Shown in pieces: positions 36,801-49,199 of a DNA stretch of 64,000 nt. The stretch covers positions 4,495,464 through 4,559,463 of the forward strand of contig NC_057719.1 of NCBI RefSeq assembly GCF_004010195.1, given 5' to 3'. A program made the translations under genes and the position numbers. This stretch comes from Chiloscyllium plagiosum (Eukaryota). Under the pieces are notes generated by a model, which worked only from the letters and a program-made list of their open reading frames with translations, was not told the origin of the DNA and searched no databases. The number at the start of each line of letters is the position of its first letter. The first letter of the stretch is position 1.

Positions 36801-37289
36801 AAAGCTATATAGTTAAAATGGATTCAAACAAACTACCAGTTTCAGTCTTTTGACTGTGAAGCCATAGGACTTTAGATTGCGAATCTCAGTGAGGAAGGTG
36901 GATTTGATGCCCCCATATCAGATTGTTTTGTAGCAGGTAAATATGTATCGAGTAAGGTAATAATGGGTTTGATGGTCTCCTTGGTGGGAACTGACTGAGG
37001 TAAATATTTCATCTACTGGTTTTTGTTTTTCTGGAATATTCATACAATGCAAAGAGTGTCACATTCCAGAAGGTGATGACCATTGATTTTGGACTGGTAT
37101 TGGATGAACATTTCTGAAATATATCAGAAATAGTGGTCATCTTAAAATCCAGTAATAGTCCACATAAAAACAAAATTAAACAAGAATATAATTTTTAAAA
37201 ACATGATTTAGATCTCTCTCTTCCTGCCTTCAAGGAATTACCATTATTCCCTGAAAATTCCCAGCATCTGACCATGACTTATAGCCACT

Positions 37290-38590
37290 GTATATAGAGT
37301 CATAGAGATGCACAGCATAGAAATAAGACTCTTCGGTCTAACTTATCCATGCTGACTAGGTATCTTAAATTAATCTAGTCCCTTTTGCCAGCATTTGGTC
37401 CATATTCCTTTAAACCTTCCTATTCATATACCTATCCAGATACCTTTTAAATGTTGTTATTGTATCAACACCACTTCCTCTGGCAGCTCCTTCTATATGT
37501 GCACCAGCCTCTGCTTGAAAACGTTGCCTCTTAGGTCCCTTTTATATCTTTCCCCTCTCACCCTGCACCCATGCCCTCTAGTTTTGGACTCTGCCACCCT
37601 GGGGAAAAGACCTTTTGTATTTATCCTTTCCATGCCCCTCAAAATTTTTATAGACCTCAATGAGGTCACCCCTCAGCCTCTCCATATAGCTCAAACCCTA
37701 GCAAAATCCTTGCAAATCTTTCCTGAACCCTTTCAAGTTTCATACATCCTATGGCAGGAAGACCAGAATTGCATGCAGTATTTCAAAAGTGGACTAACTC
37801 ACGTACAGCCACAAGATACCCTCCAAACTCATACTGAATGCACTGACTAATATAGGCAAGTGTACCAAACATCTTCTTCACTATCCTATCTACCGGCTAC
37901 TTCACCATCTGCCATTTGCCACTCCATCTGCCACTCCCAGCCCATTGGCCCATCTGATCAACATCCCATTGTACTCTGAGGTAACCTTCTTTATTGTCCA
38001 CTCCACCTCCAATTTTGGTGTTATCTACAAAATTACTAACTATACCTCCTGTGTTCACATCCAAATCATTTATGTAAATGACAAAACATAGTGGACCCAG
38101 CACTGATCCTGTAGCTAATATATATGGTTAATCCAGTTCAGGTTCTGGTCAGTGGCAACCTCCAGGATATTGATAGTGGGAGATTTAGTGGTGGTAATGC
38201 AATTAAATGTCGGTTAGATTCTCTCTTGTTGAAGATGGTCACTGCCTGATACTTGTTTGGCAAGAATGTTACTTGCATCCTATCAGCCTGAATGTTGTCC
38301 AAGCCTTACTACATTTGGACATGAACAGCTTCATTATCCAAGGTGTCATGAATGATGATGAGCAATGTGCAATCACCATCAGTATCCCACTTTACTGATT
38401 TTTGAGAGTAAACTGATATGGCAGTATTTTACTGTCATGGATTTGTCCTTTATTTTTTGTGGAAAGGACAAAGCTGGGCAATTTTCTGTATTGTCAGGTA
38501 GATGCCAGTATTTGTTGTAGCTGTACTGAAACATCTTGGCTAGGGGTATGGCTATCTCCAGAGCAAAAGATTTTAGTACTTTTGCTGGTT
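37290..38590 (-). mobile_element. CR1 3' fragment (to about 38110) abutting an L2-group fragment
   Basis: LGPLCFVIYINDLD..FVDNTKIGG; CR1 tail at about 37290. Confidence 0.8.
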
Positions 38591-38944
38591 CTCGCTCAAT
38601 GATTGTCCTTGTGCCTAGAAGGAGCTGGGTGGTGGAAATAAATCAGGTTTGTGATGACCTTGATGACCACTGACCATTTCCACCTGGCCTACAGAGAGGG
38701 AGGTTGTGTTTCAAAAAGATGTAAATGTCAACAACGACCTGATACAGAAGCTTGAGCCTCCTGAGGTACTGTTATTTGTCATGTTATGGAAGCTGATGCA
38801 CTACCTGTGTATCCTGTAGTAGAGGGTTATTGCATTCTTCAGGCTGGAACTCTGTGTCCACCCTTTTTGTCCTCTGGAGTAATGTGTAGTTGTGTGGAAG
38901 GCAGATGTTATTGCAGTTCCTGGTGTGCTGGTGTTGGCTATAGA

Positions 38945-39145
38945 CATAAAAGAACCTGCAGATTTTGGAATTCTAAGTAGACAGGCAGGATGCTGGAAGA
39001 ACACAGAAAGCCAGGCAGCATCAGGAGGTGGAGAAGTCGACGTTTCAGGTGTAACCCTTCTTCAGGACTGAGGGTGGGGGGGAGCTGCTGATAAAGGGGG
39101 AGGCGGGGGCAGAGGGGTGAAATGGGGATAGGTAGAGGGTACAAC
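38945..39145 (-). mobile_element. Penelope-derived element carrying a minimal hammerhead
   Basis: Related to the ctgcagatgctgga..ggcagcatc family; hammerhead at 39035-39069. Confidence 0.7.
39035..39069 (-). ncRNA. Minimal type I hammerhead ribozyme motif
   Basis: Minus strand reads AGUC-CUGAAGA-A-GGGU-UAC-ACCU-GAAA-C-GUC-GACU: 4-bp stem I, intact core, stem II and palindromic ACGU at helix III. Confidence 0.7.
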
Positions 39146-42100
39146 CGCTTCTATTGTTCCTCAAGAGAGCTCCATAAAATAGCAGCATTAAATGCTCCCA
39201 TTGTCAATTGAAGACCAATAGTGGGAAAGTGTGGATAAAAGTGAAATGACTCCCAAAAGTTTGGAATTCACATATAAATCTCTCAGAACACACGCTGTAA
39301 GCAGACAGCTTTCACATAGGCAGGTTCCACATTTTAAACACTTTCCCCTACTAGCAATGACTTTCCACTGTGTTTGTGACTTACTGGCCTAGGTAAATTC
39401 CTTACAGCTTAAAAAATCCTATGCTCTGGCTGTTAAAGGCAGAATTCTGGAATAAATTCTTAATGAATTAAATTATTAAATATTTAAATAAACCAGTGTT
39501 TCCCCTTTGCCTCAAAACATTACTCAGTAAAATAGGCAGGATCATGCTGGGTTTTGACATGCCAACATTTCTTTTGAACACTTAACACATGTGCTCACTA
39601 CTGAACCTAGGTACGGCCCAATCTAATGTCAAGAGGACCCTGGTGTTGGTCCTTGATTCTTCTGGCAAGCTTGCTTAGAGGTAGGATTGCAGTGGGAAGT
39701 TGATGCTATCTTCTCTGTCTTCAAACTTTACTCATGGAGTCTTCTCCAACCCATTTCCATTAGATTGAGAAGATTCTGCCCATTCTAACTGAACTGTGCC
39801 ATGTCAAGAAGTATTTGGCATAAATAAATGAATTAAACAATTTCATTCCAACCCAAATATACTTTGTGATTAGGGTCCTCAGAGTCTTTACTCTGCAAAT
39901 TTGATTGATAGCTATTTCTGAGATAAAGGTGTGATTTTGCTTGGTGAGAGAGAGGGAGGCCAAAGATTCCTTATAATCAATTCAATGAACACCACGATCA
40001 GCAATTTCCAGTGTGCACTCAGCTCACCAGTTAGTCTGAGGAAAGCAGAGACACTGAACAGGTAGTAAGTTTCCGATTGTCTTTTGACATGAGAACGAGT
40101 GAGCGACTGTGCTTAAAATATCAATTTTTACATTAAGAATTAGCTCAAGAGTGCATTTGACACTTTGAAAGTGTATAAAACATACTGTTTCAATTAAATA
40201 TCTGTTTACCCAGGAATTATTTATAGTGCTGGAGGTACATGGTATATTCTGCGGTATGCAATGTACCTTGAGTGAGGTCTCATTTTTATTTTACGAAAAT
40301 TAAAAAAATATGTTTAAAAGAGTTCTCAGGATGGGGGTGTTTCTGACAAGGCAAGTATTTATTGTTCATTCTGTGTTGTCCTGAGAAGATGATGGTAAAT
40401 GCCTGTTGTTAGTTAGTTGCATCAGGGAACAGGAAACCAGATACATTTGGGGATTGGAGTTTGTCCATTCCAAACCTGGTGAGGCTGGCTGGTTTCCTCC
40501 CTTAAAGGGCAGTAGCGAAGCAGTTGATTTGCAGGCTTGAAGGTCACTTTCGTTGCCACCAGAATTTTATTTTCATATTTAAAACTAAATTTAAAAATTC
40601 TCATACTCATGGTAGAATTTGAAGTCACTGATTACTGCTATAACCACCTACCCACACTTTCATATCTGTTGAGCTTGGTGATTAGCAGATGCCCATTTTG
40701 GTTTAAGGAGAAAGTAGCTGTTGACCCGGAAGAATTTTCTGACGAAAAATGCACATTTTTTAACTCAGTAATTTTAGAAGTGTATTATTTTGGCATTTTT
40801 GGAAAGACAGGGAACAGAGGAATTTCAACTAAACATGTAGGAATTATGTTTAAAACATTGACAGATTGAATATAATGTGGTGAAATGTGCTTCATGTTTG
40901 TAGGAATAAGAGAAAAAAAATTAATGTTTGGATTTAAAATGGTGAGAAGTTATTGAATATAATTGCCCAGGGATTATGGTGATCTTATACCTAAATATCA
41001 GAAAGTTAACATGACAATTATGAGTTCAAATTGGCTCATACGTGGAATGAACGAGGAACATTTAAAATACTTTTGGGCAGAAATATGAATAGGAAATGTT
41101 AAGAGAGATATGGGCCAAATGCCGACAAATGAGAATAACTTAATTTGGGAAACTTGGTTGGCATGGACAGGTTGGACTGAAGGGTCTGTTCCCATGCTGT
41201 ATGACTCTGTTGTTACAAATGCTATTTATTGCATCCATTCATTTGGTGAATTTCTGAAGTGTTCTTTCAAACTGTATCACATTTCTTTAGTCTTCTTAGT
41301 TTATTTGTTGCATTTAAATTATTCACTGGGTAGGGCTGCCCCTTGTTCCTCAAGGTGTACAATAACTCTACAGAATATGTCTCATTGCTTCCCCTGAGTC
41401 TCTAGCTTACTGACAATGAAACATAATCATGACAGAGCTTTGATGACAGTAACTGTATAGACTTATTATTTATTCAGCAAAGGTAATGATTACTCACTGC
41501 ATCACTATATTGTGTTCTTGTTTAATTAGCAGACTAATGATTATACTCATTGTAAATGTTAAGAGTAGTCCCTGTCTACTCAACAGTAAGACCTACTGAA
41601 GAAGTCAGTGGCTTCCACAGTTCCTAGCTGATTCAGCTGACAGACCATTTCAGAGGGCAGTTAGGAGTCAACCACATTGCTGTGAGAGTGGAGTCACAGG
41701 TAGGTACGTTTTCCTTCTCGAAAGGGCATTAGTGAACCAGATGCATTTTTATGATGATGACTTCATGGTCATGGTTAGATTTTTAATTCCAGTTTTTTTT
41801 TTAAAAGATGGCATTAAAAGTCCAGCAGATTGCTGTGGTGGGATTCAAGCCTAGGTCTCCAGATCATTACCTGAGTCTTTGAAGTATGACTTCAGTGACA
41901 GTACCACTACAGCCTTCCCCATTTCAGCAAAGTTGGGTCCTCCAGTGCATCATGATAGAGAGGTTGAGAACTGACATCTGCTCAATGAAACTTATAAAAT
42001 TCTTAAATGGCCAGAAGGGTGGTTGCAGATGGTTCCCTGGCTGTGGTATCTAGAATCATAGAATGCAGTCTTAGAGTAAGGGTTAGGTTACTTAGAACTG

Positions 42101-43036
42101 AAATGAAGAGCAATTTCTTCAGAGGATGGTGAATCTTTGAAATTGTCTACCCCATAGGGGGCTGTGGAAACTCAGCGATTGAGCATGTTCTAGACAGAGA
42201 TTAACACATATCTCAATATTAATAAAATCAAGGAATAATGGGGTAGACTGGGAAATCCCAGGTTGATGATCAGTCATGATCTTGGATGGTGAAGCAGACT
42301 CAAAAGGCTGAATAGCCTACTCTTGCTCCTGTATTTCCAGCACAGCTGGGCTGCTGAGAAGTTTATATAAGGAAAGTTATGATTTAAATGCACTGTTTGA
42401 AAGGTTGGTAGAAACAAGTTCAATTACAAAGCATTCAAAAGGGATTTGAATATATACAACAACTTGTAATTATGTAGCACTTTTAATGCAGTAAACTGAA
42501 GTTTGACACCAAAGCATAGGAGGAGATATTTAAATGTTTTAAAATATTCATTTTGTTTCAGATTCCTCTCAAATTTCTAGTAACCCCACAACACTCCAAA
42601 ATTTCTGTGTTCCACCAATTCTGGTCTTTTGTTCAACCTTAATTATAATTGCTTCACTCGGTAGCCACACCATCAGCTGCCAAGGCTTTAAGCTCTGGAA
42701 CTTCCCCTAAAACGTTTTGCCTCTCCTTCCTCCTTAAGATGCTCCTTTGACCAAGATTTTGTTCATCTGGCTAACATGTTCTTACATGACACAATAGTCA
42801 AATTTTGTTTGATTACACTCCTGTGACGCTCCTTGGAATGTTGTAGTACATTAAGTGCACGAGATAAACTATTGTTATTTATACAGTTTCAGATTTCATA
42901 CTAACCACAGCAGTTTTGACAAATAGCAATAACAGCTAATTAGAATTCAACCAAACTTAATATCAATGTCAATGTATTGCTCTTTTTTCTCTTTATTGGA
43001 CTTTAACCTAACTGTAAAGAGCCAGGCATTTTGAGT

Positions 43037-43093
43037 GTTTCTAGGGAAACGACTGCTGCTACTGAACCCATCACTGGTTTTACTGTGACATCA
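43037..43093 (+). promoter_or_regulatory. RFX X-box-like and CRE-like motifs
   Basis: GTTTCTAGGGAAAC at 43037-43050 and TGACATCA at 43086-43093. Confidence 0.35.
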
Positions 43094-43143
43094 GTGCTTG
43101 TGATGTAGCTAAAAGATGTGGCAGGGATTTTTCAAAGTTTGTC

Positions 43144-43216
43144 ATGCCATACAAGAAGAACAAGAAAGACAAAGTGGTACCGGCAGGAAATGAACAAAAT
43201 GGCAGGCATGACCAAG
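43144..43216 (+). CDS. Candidate first coding exon of an unidentified divergent gene
   Basis: Non-repetitive sequence. ATG followed by 24 open codons (MPYKKNKKDKVVPAGNEQNGRHDQ) and a strong donor CAAG|GTAAGG; X-box upstream. No homology recognised. Confidence 0.35.
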
Positions 43217-43557
43217 GTAAGGGTAGATTACGGGAAAGTGTTGTCAAACTTCCAGCATTCTGCTGGGCTCAGCAGACATTAAGGAATTATACCCTGGGTT
43301 GCTCACAACAGTACCCATGTGATTAATCTTTAGGGGAATTTTAGAAATTATGTTTTATTTTAAGCAGTAATTGAAATGTGGGGAGGATAAAAATTATAGT
43401 TTGACCTGCTGTGTGGGAGGGGAGGGGCATTGTGGGTGGCAGCAGATTATGTGCTGACAGCTCAAAGAATTTATTTGCCATAGTTGGTAACTTTAAACAT
43501 GGGGAAGGCACACAGTTCAGTTTAGCCTTGGCCTGAACCAGAACTAGTCTGATAAAA

Positions 43558-43812
43558 TAGAATCCCTGCAATGTGGAAAGAAGCCATTTGACCCATGGAA
43601 TCTCTCACTGACCCTCCGAAGAGCATCTCACCAGATCCCCACTCTATTCCAGCAACCCCACATTTTTACCATGGCCAATCCACCTAACCTGCACATGTGG
43701 GAGAAAATCAGAGAATCCAGAAGAAACCCACACAGGCAGTCACCCATGTGGAATCAAACCTGGGTCCCTGGTGTTGTGAGGCAGCAGCGCTAACCACCGA
43801 GCCACTGTACCA
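43558..43812 (-). mobile_element. HE1-type SINE (internally deleted)
   Basis: Head, partial core and tail recognisable. Confidence 0.8.
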
Positions 43813-44469
43813 CTCCAAGAGGTGTAGAATGTATTATTATCACTTGAGAGTTCAGATTTTTTTGAAAATAGAGATAGATTACAGTTCTTTGAATATAGTT
43901 TTTTTTAAAGAGGTCAGGAAGACATTTGAAACAATGACTTTAATATATCATTTACAAGAAATGATATGATTCATTTAAGTATTTAACATTGTAGTATTGG
44001 GGTTAATTGATAAAATAGTTGTTTCATGACAGAGTAAACAGTTTGTGGATGGGGGTGCACTAATTTAGTTTTGACTTCAGAATAATCAGTTTAGTTCTGG
44101 AGAAAGGTTTTATCAAACAGGAGAATCAGGATTTCACTTAAGGAGAGCCATTTACAACAGAGAAATGATTTCATTTGTGATATTTTCAAGCTGTGAGAGT
44201 TTATATAGACATTGACAAGTTGTCAGAACTGAAGGGGGTTCAGACTCAGCAGAACTGGAAAAAACGGCAGAAAACTGTCTTATCAGACCAAGAAGGATAA
44301 CTGAACAGAATTAGTTAAGTAATAAAGAGTTGTGATAGGAGTGTTATTTCTCTGGTATTGAGTATCTGTAAAAGAATATTGCTAGGCAACATGTAAAAAT
44401 TTTGTTTTGCTGTTAATATTAAGGTCCTCCTAAACTAATATAGCTTTTTTCCTGTCTAGTTTAAGTAAC

Positions 44470-45545
44470 ATAAAAACTCAGAAATTAGAAGCAGGAGTTA
44501 GACCATTCAACCCTTTGAGCTCGCTTTGTCTTTCAGTATGATCATGGCTGATTATTTATCTTAATGCCATATTCCTGTTTTTTTATCCATACCCCTTGAT
44601 GCCTTTAATATCTAAAACTTATCAATCCATTTATTGAATTACTCAGTAACCTGCCCTCCACAGCCTTCTGTGCTAGCGAAATTCACAGATTGACAACACT
44701 CTGAATGTAGAAATGTTTCCTCAGTCCTGTCCGAAATAGCCTGCCCTTTTTTCCAAGACTGTGACCTCTTGTTCTTGACTCCACAACTAGGGGAAATGTT
44801 ATTTCTATATTTAGTCTGTTGTAATGTGATATGTTTCAATCAGATACCCTCTCATTCTTCTAACCACTAGTGAATACAGGCCCAGTCAAATTAATCTTTC
44901 TTCACAGGACAATCTTATCATCCTCAATATTCTCCTAGTGGACTTCCACTGTACTCTCTCTATGATAAGTATATCCTTTCTTCAGGGGGAGATCAGAACT
45001 GCATGCAATACTTCAGGTGTGGTCTCACCAAGGCCCTGTTTAAATGTAGTAAGACATCCTTACTTCTGAACTCAAATCCTTCTGTAATGGAGGCCAACAT
45101 ACCATTGCATTCCTAATTGCTTGGTGCCCCTACCTATTTACTTTCATTGACTGTTGTGCAAAGACACCCAGATTGCTTTGTACATTACAAATTCTAATAT
45201 ATCATCATTTGTCTCATACTTTGCTTTTTGTTTTTCACATCAAATTGTATAACTTCATATTCATCCAGGTTATACTATATCTGGCATGTATTTGTCCACA
45301 CACATGTCTAGGTTGCCCCAAAGCCTCCTTGCATCCTTCCCACAACTCATCATCACACCTAGATTTGTATCATCAGCAAACTTGGAAAGTTTGCATTTGA
45401 TTCCTCATTCAAGATATTTATACATATATCAAAACAACTAAGATGTAAGCTCTAATTCTTATGGCACACTGCCTGCCAACCAGAAAAAAATGCATTTATT
45501 CCCACTTGTTTCCTGTCTGTATATCATTCTTAATCCATGACAGAC
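44470..45545 (-). mobile_element. Old CR1 3' fragment
   Basis: Minus-strand remnants of ALVRPHLKYCMQF and the 3' UTR. Confidence 0.75.
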
Positions 45546-46289
45546 ATTATAGTTCATTTTGATCCCCCATGAACAGGCCAGTAGAATCGAGAAAAATAAT
45601 TGATCTCCCTCAGGTCCAGACCAACATTCCTTCTAAGCTGTATGCATGCTAGAATTAGAATTAGAATTAGAATCCCTACAGTGTGGAAACAGGCCGTCCG
45701 GCCCAACAAGTCCACACCGACCCTCCGAAGAGTAACCCATCCAGACCCATTCCCCTACCATATTACTCGACACTTACCCCATTAGATTTACCCATCTAAT
45801 GTATAGCCACTGTGTTCTCTGCACAGCGATCAGTGTACTGATGTGGATTACACCATTGACTTCTGGTTCCAGAGCCTCAGAGGTCAGCACAGAAGATTAA
45901 AAGAAAATTAGAGGGCACACTGGTGCAGGTTGCCATCAACTACATGTACGTGGTAGCACTAAGGGGATCATGTCACAACATTGCAGAATTCATTAAGAGG
46001 AAGGGGTTTTTTTTGGATGAATGTTCAGATGATCTGTGATCACCATTACCACTTCCTGGAGGAATGTGATATATTGACAGCAGCCATAACTCCTCCGTCC
46101 TGGAGCATTCCTTTGTACCTGGGTGTGTTTAAAGTCCAAGTGCCTTACAAGGCAAGTAACTTGAGATAAAGGCTGATGTGGAGATGCTGGTATTAGACTG
46201 GGGTGGGAAATGTTTTAAATCACCCAATACCAGGTTACCACTGTGACCATGGCTTATGCCACCATTGTGCAAATCCTGGACTATTACAA

Positions 46290-47220
46290 AATGTTGATAC
46301 AATGATGCCAATAATTTGACTAGGGCTGAGGTAGAGCTATTGGCTCTAAGTCAACAGGCAATACATTTATCATGGGTGACTTTAATATTCCTGTAGTTTT
46401 GGAAAGTCAAGTTGGCTGACATAACTACAAGTAAAAGTTCATAGAATGTGTTCAGTTTCCGCGAACAATATGTTGTGGATCCAGCCAGAGATTAGACTAT
46501 TTTGGATATAGTAATACGTAATGAGGCAGATTTAATAAATGATCTCAGAGTAAAACAAACTTGAGAAAGCAGTGATCATGACTGGTAAAATTTAATATTT
46601 GGTTTGAGAGTGAGTTACTTGGGTTAGAAACAAATGTACCTAACTTAAATAAGGAGGGCTGGAGCAGAGTTAGCTGGAGTAAACTGGGAAAGGAGTTTAG
46701 CAGCAAAGACAGTTGAAGAACAATGGCACACATTTAAGAGAGTAGTTCATGGTTCACAACAAATATACATTCCTGTAAAAATGATTTATAGGAATGGGAT
46801 ATGCCAACTGTGCGTTACCAGCAAAGTTAAAGAAAACATCACATTGAACAAAAAACATATCATATGTAAAAATTAGTGGTAAGCCTGAGAATTGCAAAAT
46901 TTTAAAACCCAACAAAAGGTAACCAGGTAAGTAATATGAAGGAAGAAAATAAACACTGTGGTAAATCGGCAAGTAGTATCAAAGTAGCAAGAATTTCTTT
47001 AAATATGTAAAAAAAAAGAGGCCAAAGTGAACATAGGTGCCTTAGAAAATGAGGCTAGCAAAATAACGGGAAACCAGGAACTGGCAGAGGAGCTGAATAA
47101 ATACTTAGCATTATTCTTCATGGTAGAAGATACCAATAATAGTCCAAAAACACTAAATAATCAAGGGACAAAAGGGGAAGAGGAAACAAATACAATAACT
47201 GTCACTGGAGAAAAACACTT
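46290..47220 (+). mobile_element. Old CR1 ORF2 5' fragment
   Basis: IMGDFN, NEADLINDL and NIGALENE...GNQELAEELNKY. Confidence 0.75.
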
Positions 47221-47224
47221 ACGG

Positions 47225-47400
47225 TCTTATGGCTTCTGAGATACAGTTCTGCTGCTTACAGCAGCTTGTAGGAGCCTTCCAGTATAATCCTGACAGAGTG
47301 CTCCATATCATCCTGGTGTGCTGTGCTCTACACAATTGGAGCAGCTTACAGCGCAATGTGAAAGATGCTGAGGAATTGACAGAATGGGAGCAGTTTTCCA
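47225..47400 (+). mobile_element. PIF/Harbinger transposase C-terminal fragment
   Basis: F.CL...GAFQYNPDRVLHIILVCCALHNW matches the Harbinger RF.CL...G.LQY.P......CC.LHN motif. Confidence 0.7.
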
Positions 47401-48267
47401 AGGAGAAGAACAAGATGTTGGGAAGTGTGGAATGCAATCTGCTTGTCACTGACAGAGCTCAGCATAGTGGGCTCTCCAAGCAAGACAGGACTAGTTCTCA
47501 AGAACAATCTTTGGACTTGAAACAATAACTCTGTTTTCTCAAATGCTGCAAAACATGCTAAGTTTCTCCAGCAATTTCTGGTTTTCTTTCAGTTTTCCAG
47601 AATTTGCAGTTCTTTCTTTTATCTTAGGACCTGCTTTCAGTAAATGAGAGTACTGCATGGAATGGAGAGACCATCATGGAATGTAAGGCGGCTGTTAGTT
47701 ATAATGCCAGCATTTGCTTTATATTGTGGGGACAACCTACAGCTTCTTTTTCTTTCTGTTCCCTTTGGGTGGCTGTAAATAAAAGTTCATGTTTGAAATT
47801 GTCTGAATGCTTACCTGTGTGTGATATTTCCCTGGGCAGTGGCAAGATATGTGTCTACAGTGAGCGTTGGGGAAAATGTAGCAGTAACCTAGAGAGGATA
47901 TTTAGATGGGATGTAGCTAAGGGCAGGTAAAATATTTGGTATGATTATTTAACAGTGACTATAGTGAGACAATAACACTATCTGCAAGTGAGAGTCAGCC
48001 ATGCCAGCTGTTTGCCATGAGTAGCATGGCTTTCTAAATGCTGTACCATTACATTGCCAATGAGGGGTAATGTCAGTTTTCCAATGCTTGTCCAGGTGCA
48101 GAGCTGTCTTTTAAATATAGCATGAGTGGAAATGTTGCCGGTCATTTGGTGAAAGATTATTTTGGGAATTGCATGTTGTCGGATGGGGCTAGAATTAGAT
48201 GTGAGGGGCAGCATCATGGCAAGATAAGTAATTAATAAAGCAAGTTTGGTAAGATATGGCAAGACAT

Positions 48268-48575
48268 GGGCGGCACGGTGGCACAGTGGGTAGCACTGCT
48301 GCCGTCTCACAGTACCAGAGACCCGTGTTCAATTCCCGCCTCAGGCGACTCTCTGTGTGGAGTTTGCACATTCTCCCCGTGTCTGCGTGGGTTTCCTCCA
48401 GGTGCTCCGGTTTCCTCCCACAGTCCAAAAATGTGCAGGTTAGGTGAATTGGCCATGCTAAGTTGCCCCTAGTGTTAGATGTAGGGGAATGGGTCTGGGT
48501 GGTTATGCTTCGGCGGGTCGGCGTGGGCTTGTTGGGCCAAAGGGCCTGTTTCCACGCTGTAAGTAATCTAATCTA
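48268..48575 (+). mobile_element. HE1-type SINE
   Basis: Full-length and CpG-retaining, so probably a young copy. Confidence 0.92.
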
Positions 48576-49199
48576 AAAAATCTTACTACATCTGTGGTGA
48601 AAATCATCAAAAAACACTTAGAAATGAATCTTAGGTTCGTTTGGCGATGTGTCATTAATGAATTATTTCACATAGAAGGATTAGTCAGTTTAATCTCTGT
48701 CATGAAAACAATAAGAGGTACAGACACTAAAATCTAGGTATCAACTGACTGGGATGTGCAAAGTTTCAGTTACCATTTTTTACACTTTACAATCCTGTAC
48801 TGTCTTGACTTTCAATTCAGCCCTCTGTCTCTCCAGCTATATGAGGATCAACCAATTTTAATCAACAGGAACAGTTCAGAAAGGAGACACTTTTACTACA
48901 GTGCAACTGTTGGATATTTTATTCAAACAGCCAACTCGGAATTGACAACCCCAGTCTGAACATTTGCCAGACGGATTATCCAAACTGAAGCATAATGGTA
49001 AATTATGAACTGGACTATCTATTACCAGGATTCAAAGGTGTAAAGTTAACTGTAGAAAGGACAAGGAGCAATCTAAAAATACATACTTGGAGGATGGACA
49101 ATTTCAGTGGGGCTGAGAATGGACTGTTCCAGAATCAAAGTCTGGCAGGTACAAGTACTGGAACAATATGTTGCCTATCAGCTAAAGTCATGGCACCAA

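Noticed and set aside
44191..44300. Possible second exon of the plus-strand candidate gene
   Set aside because: Open for about 36 codons, then a stop with no convincing donor; may be repeat-derived.
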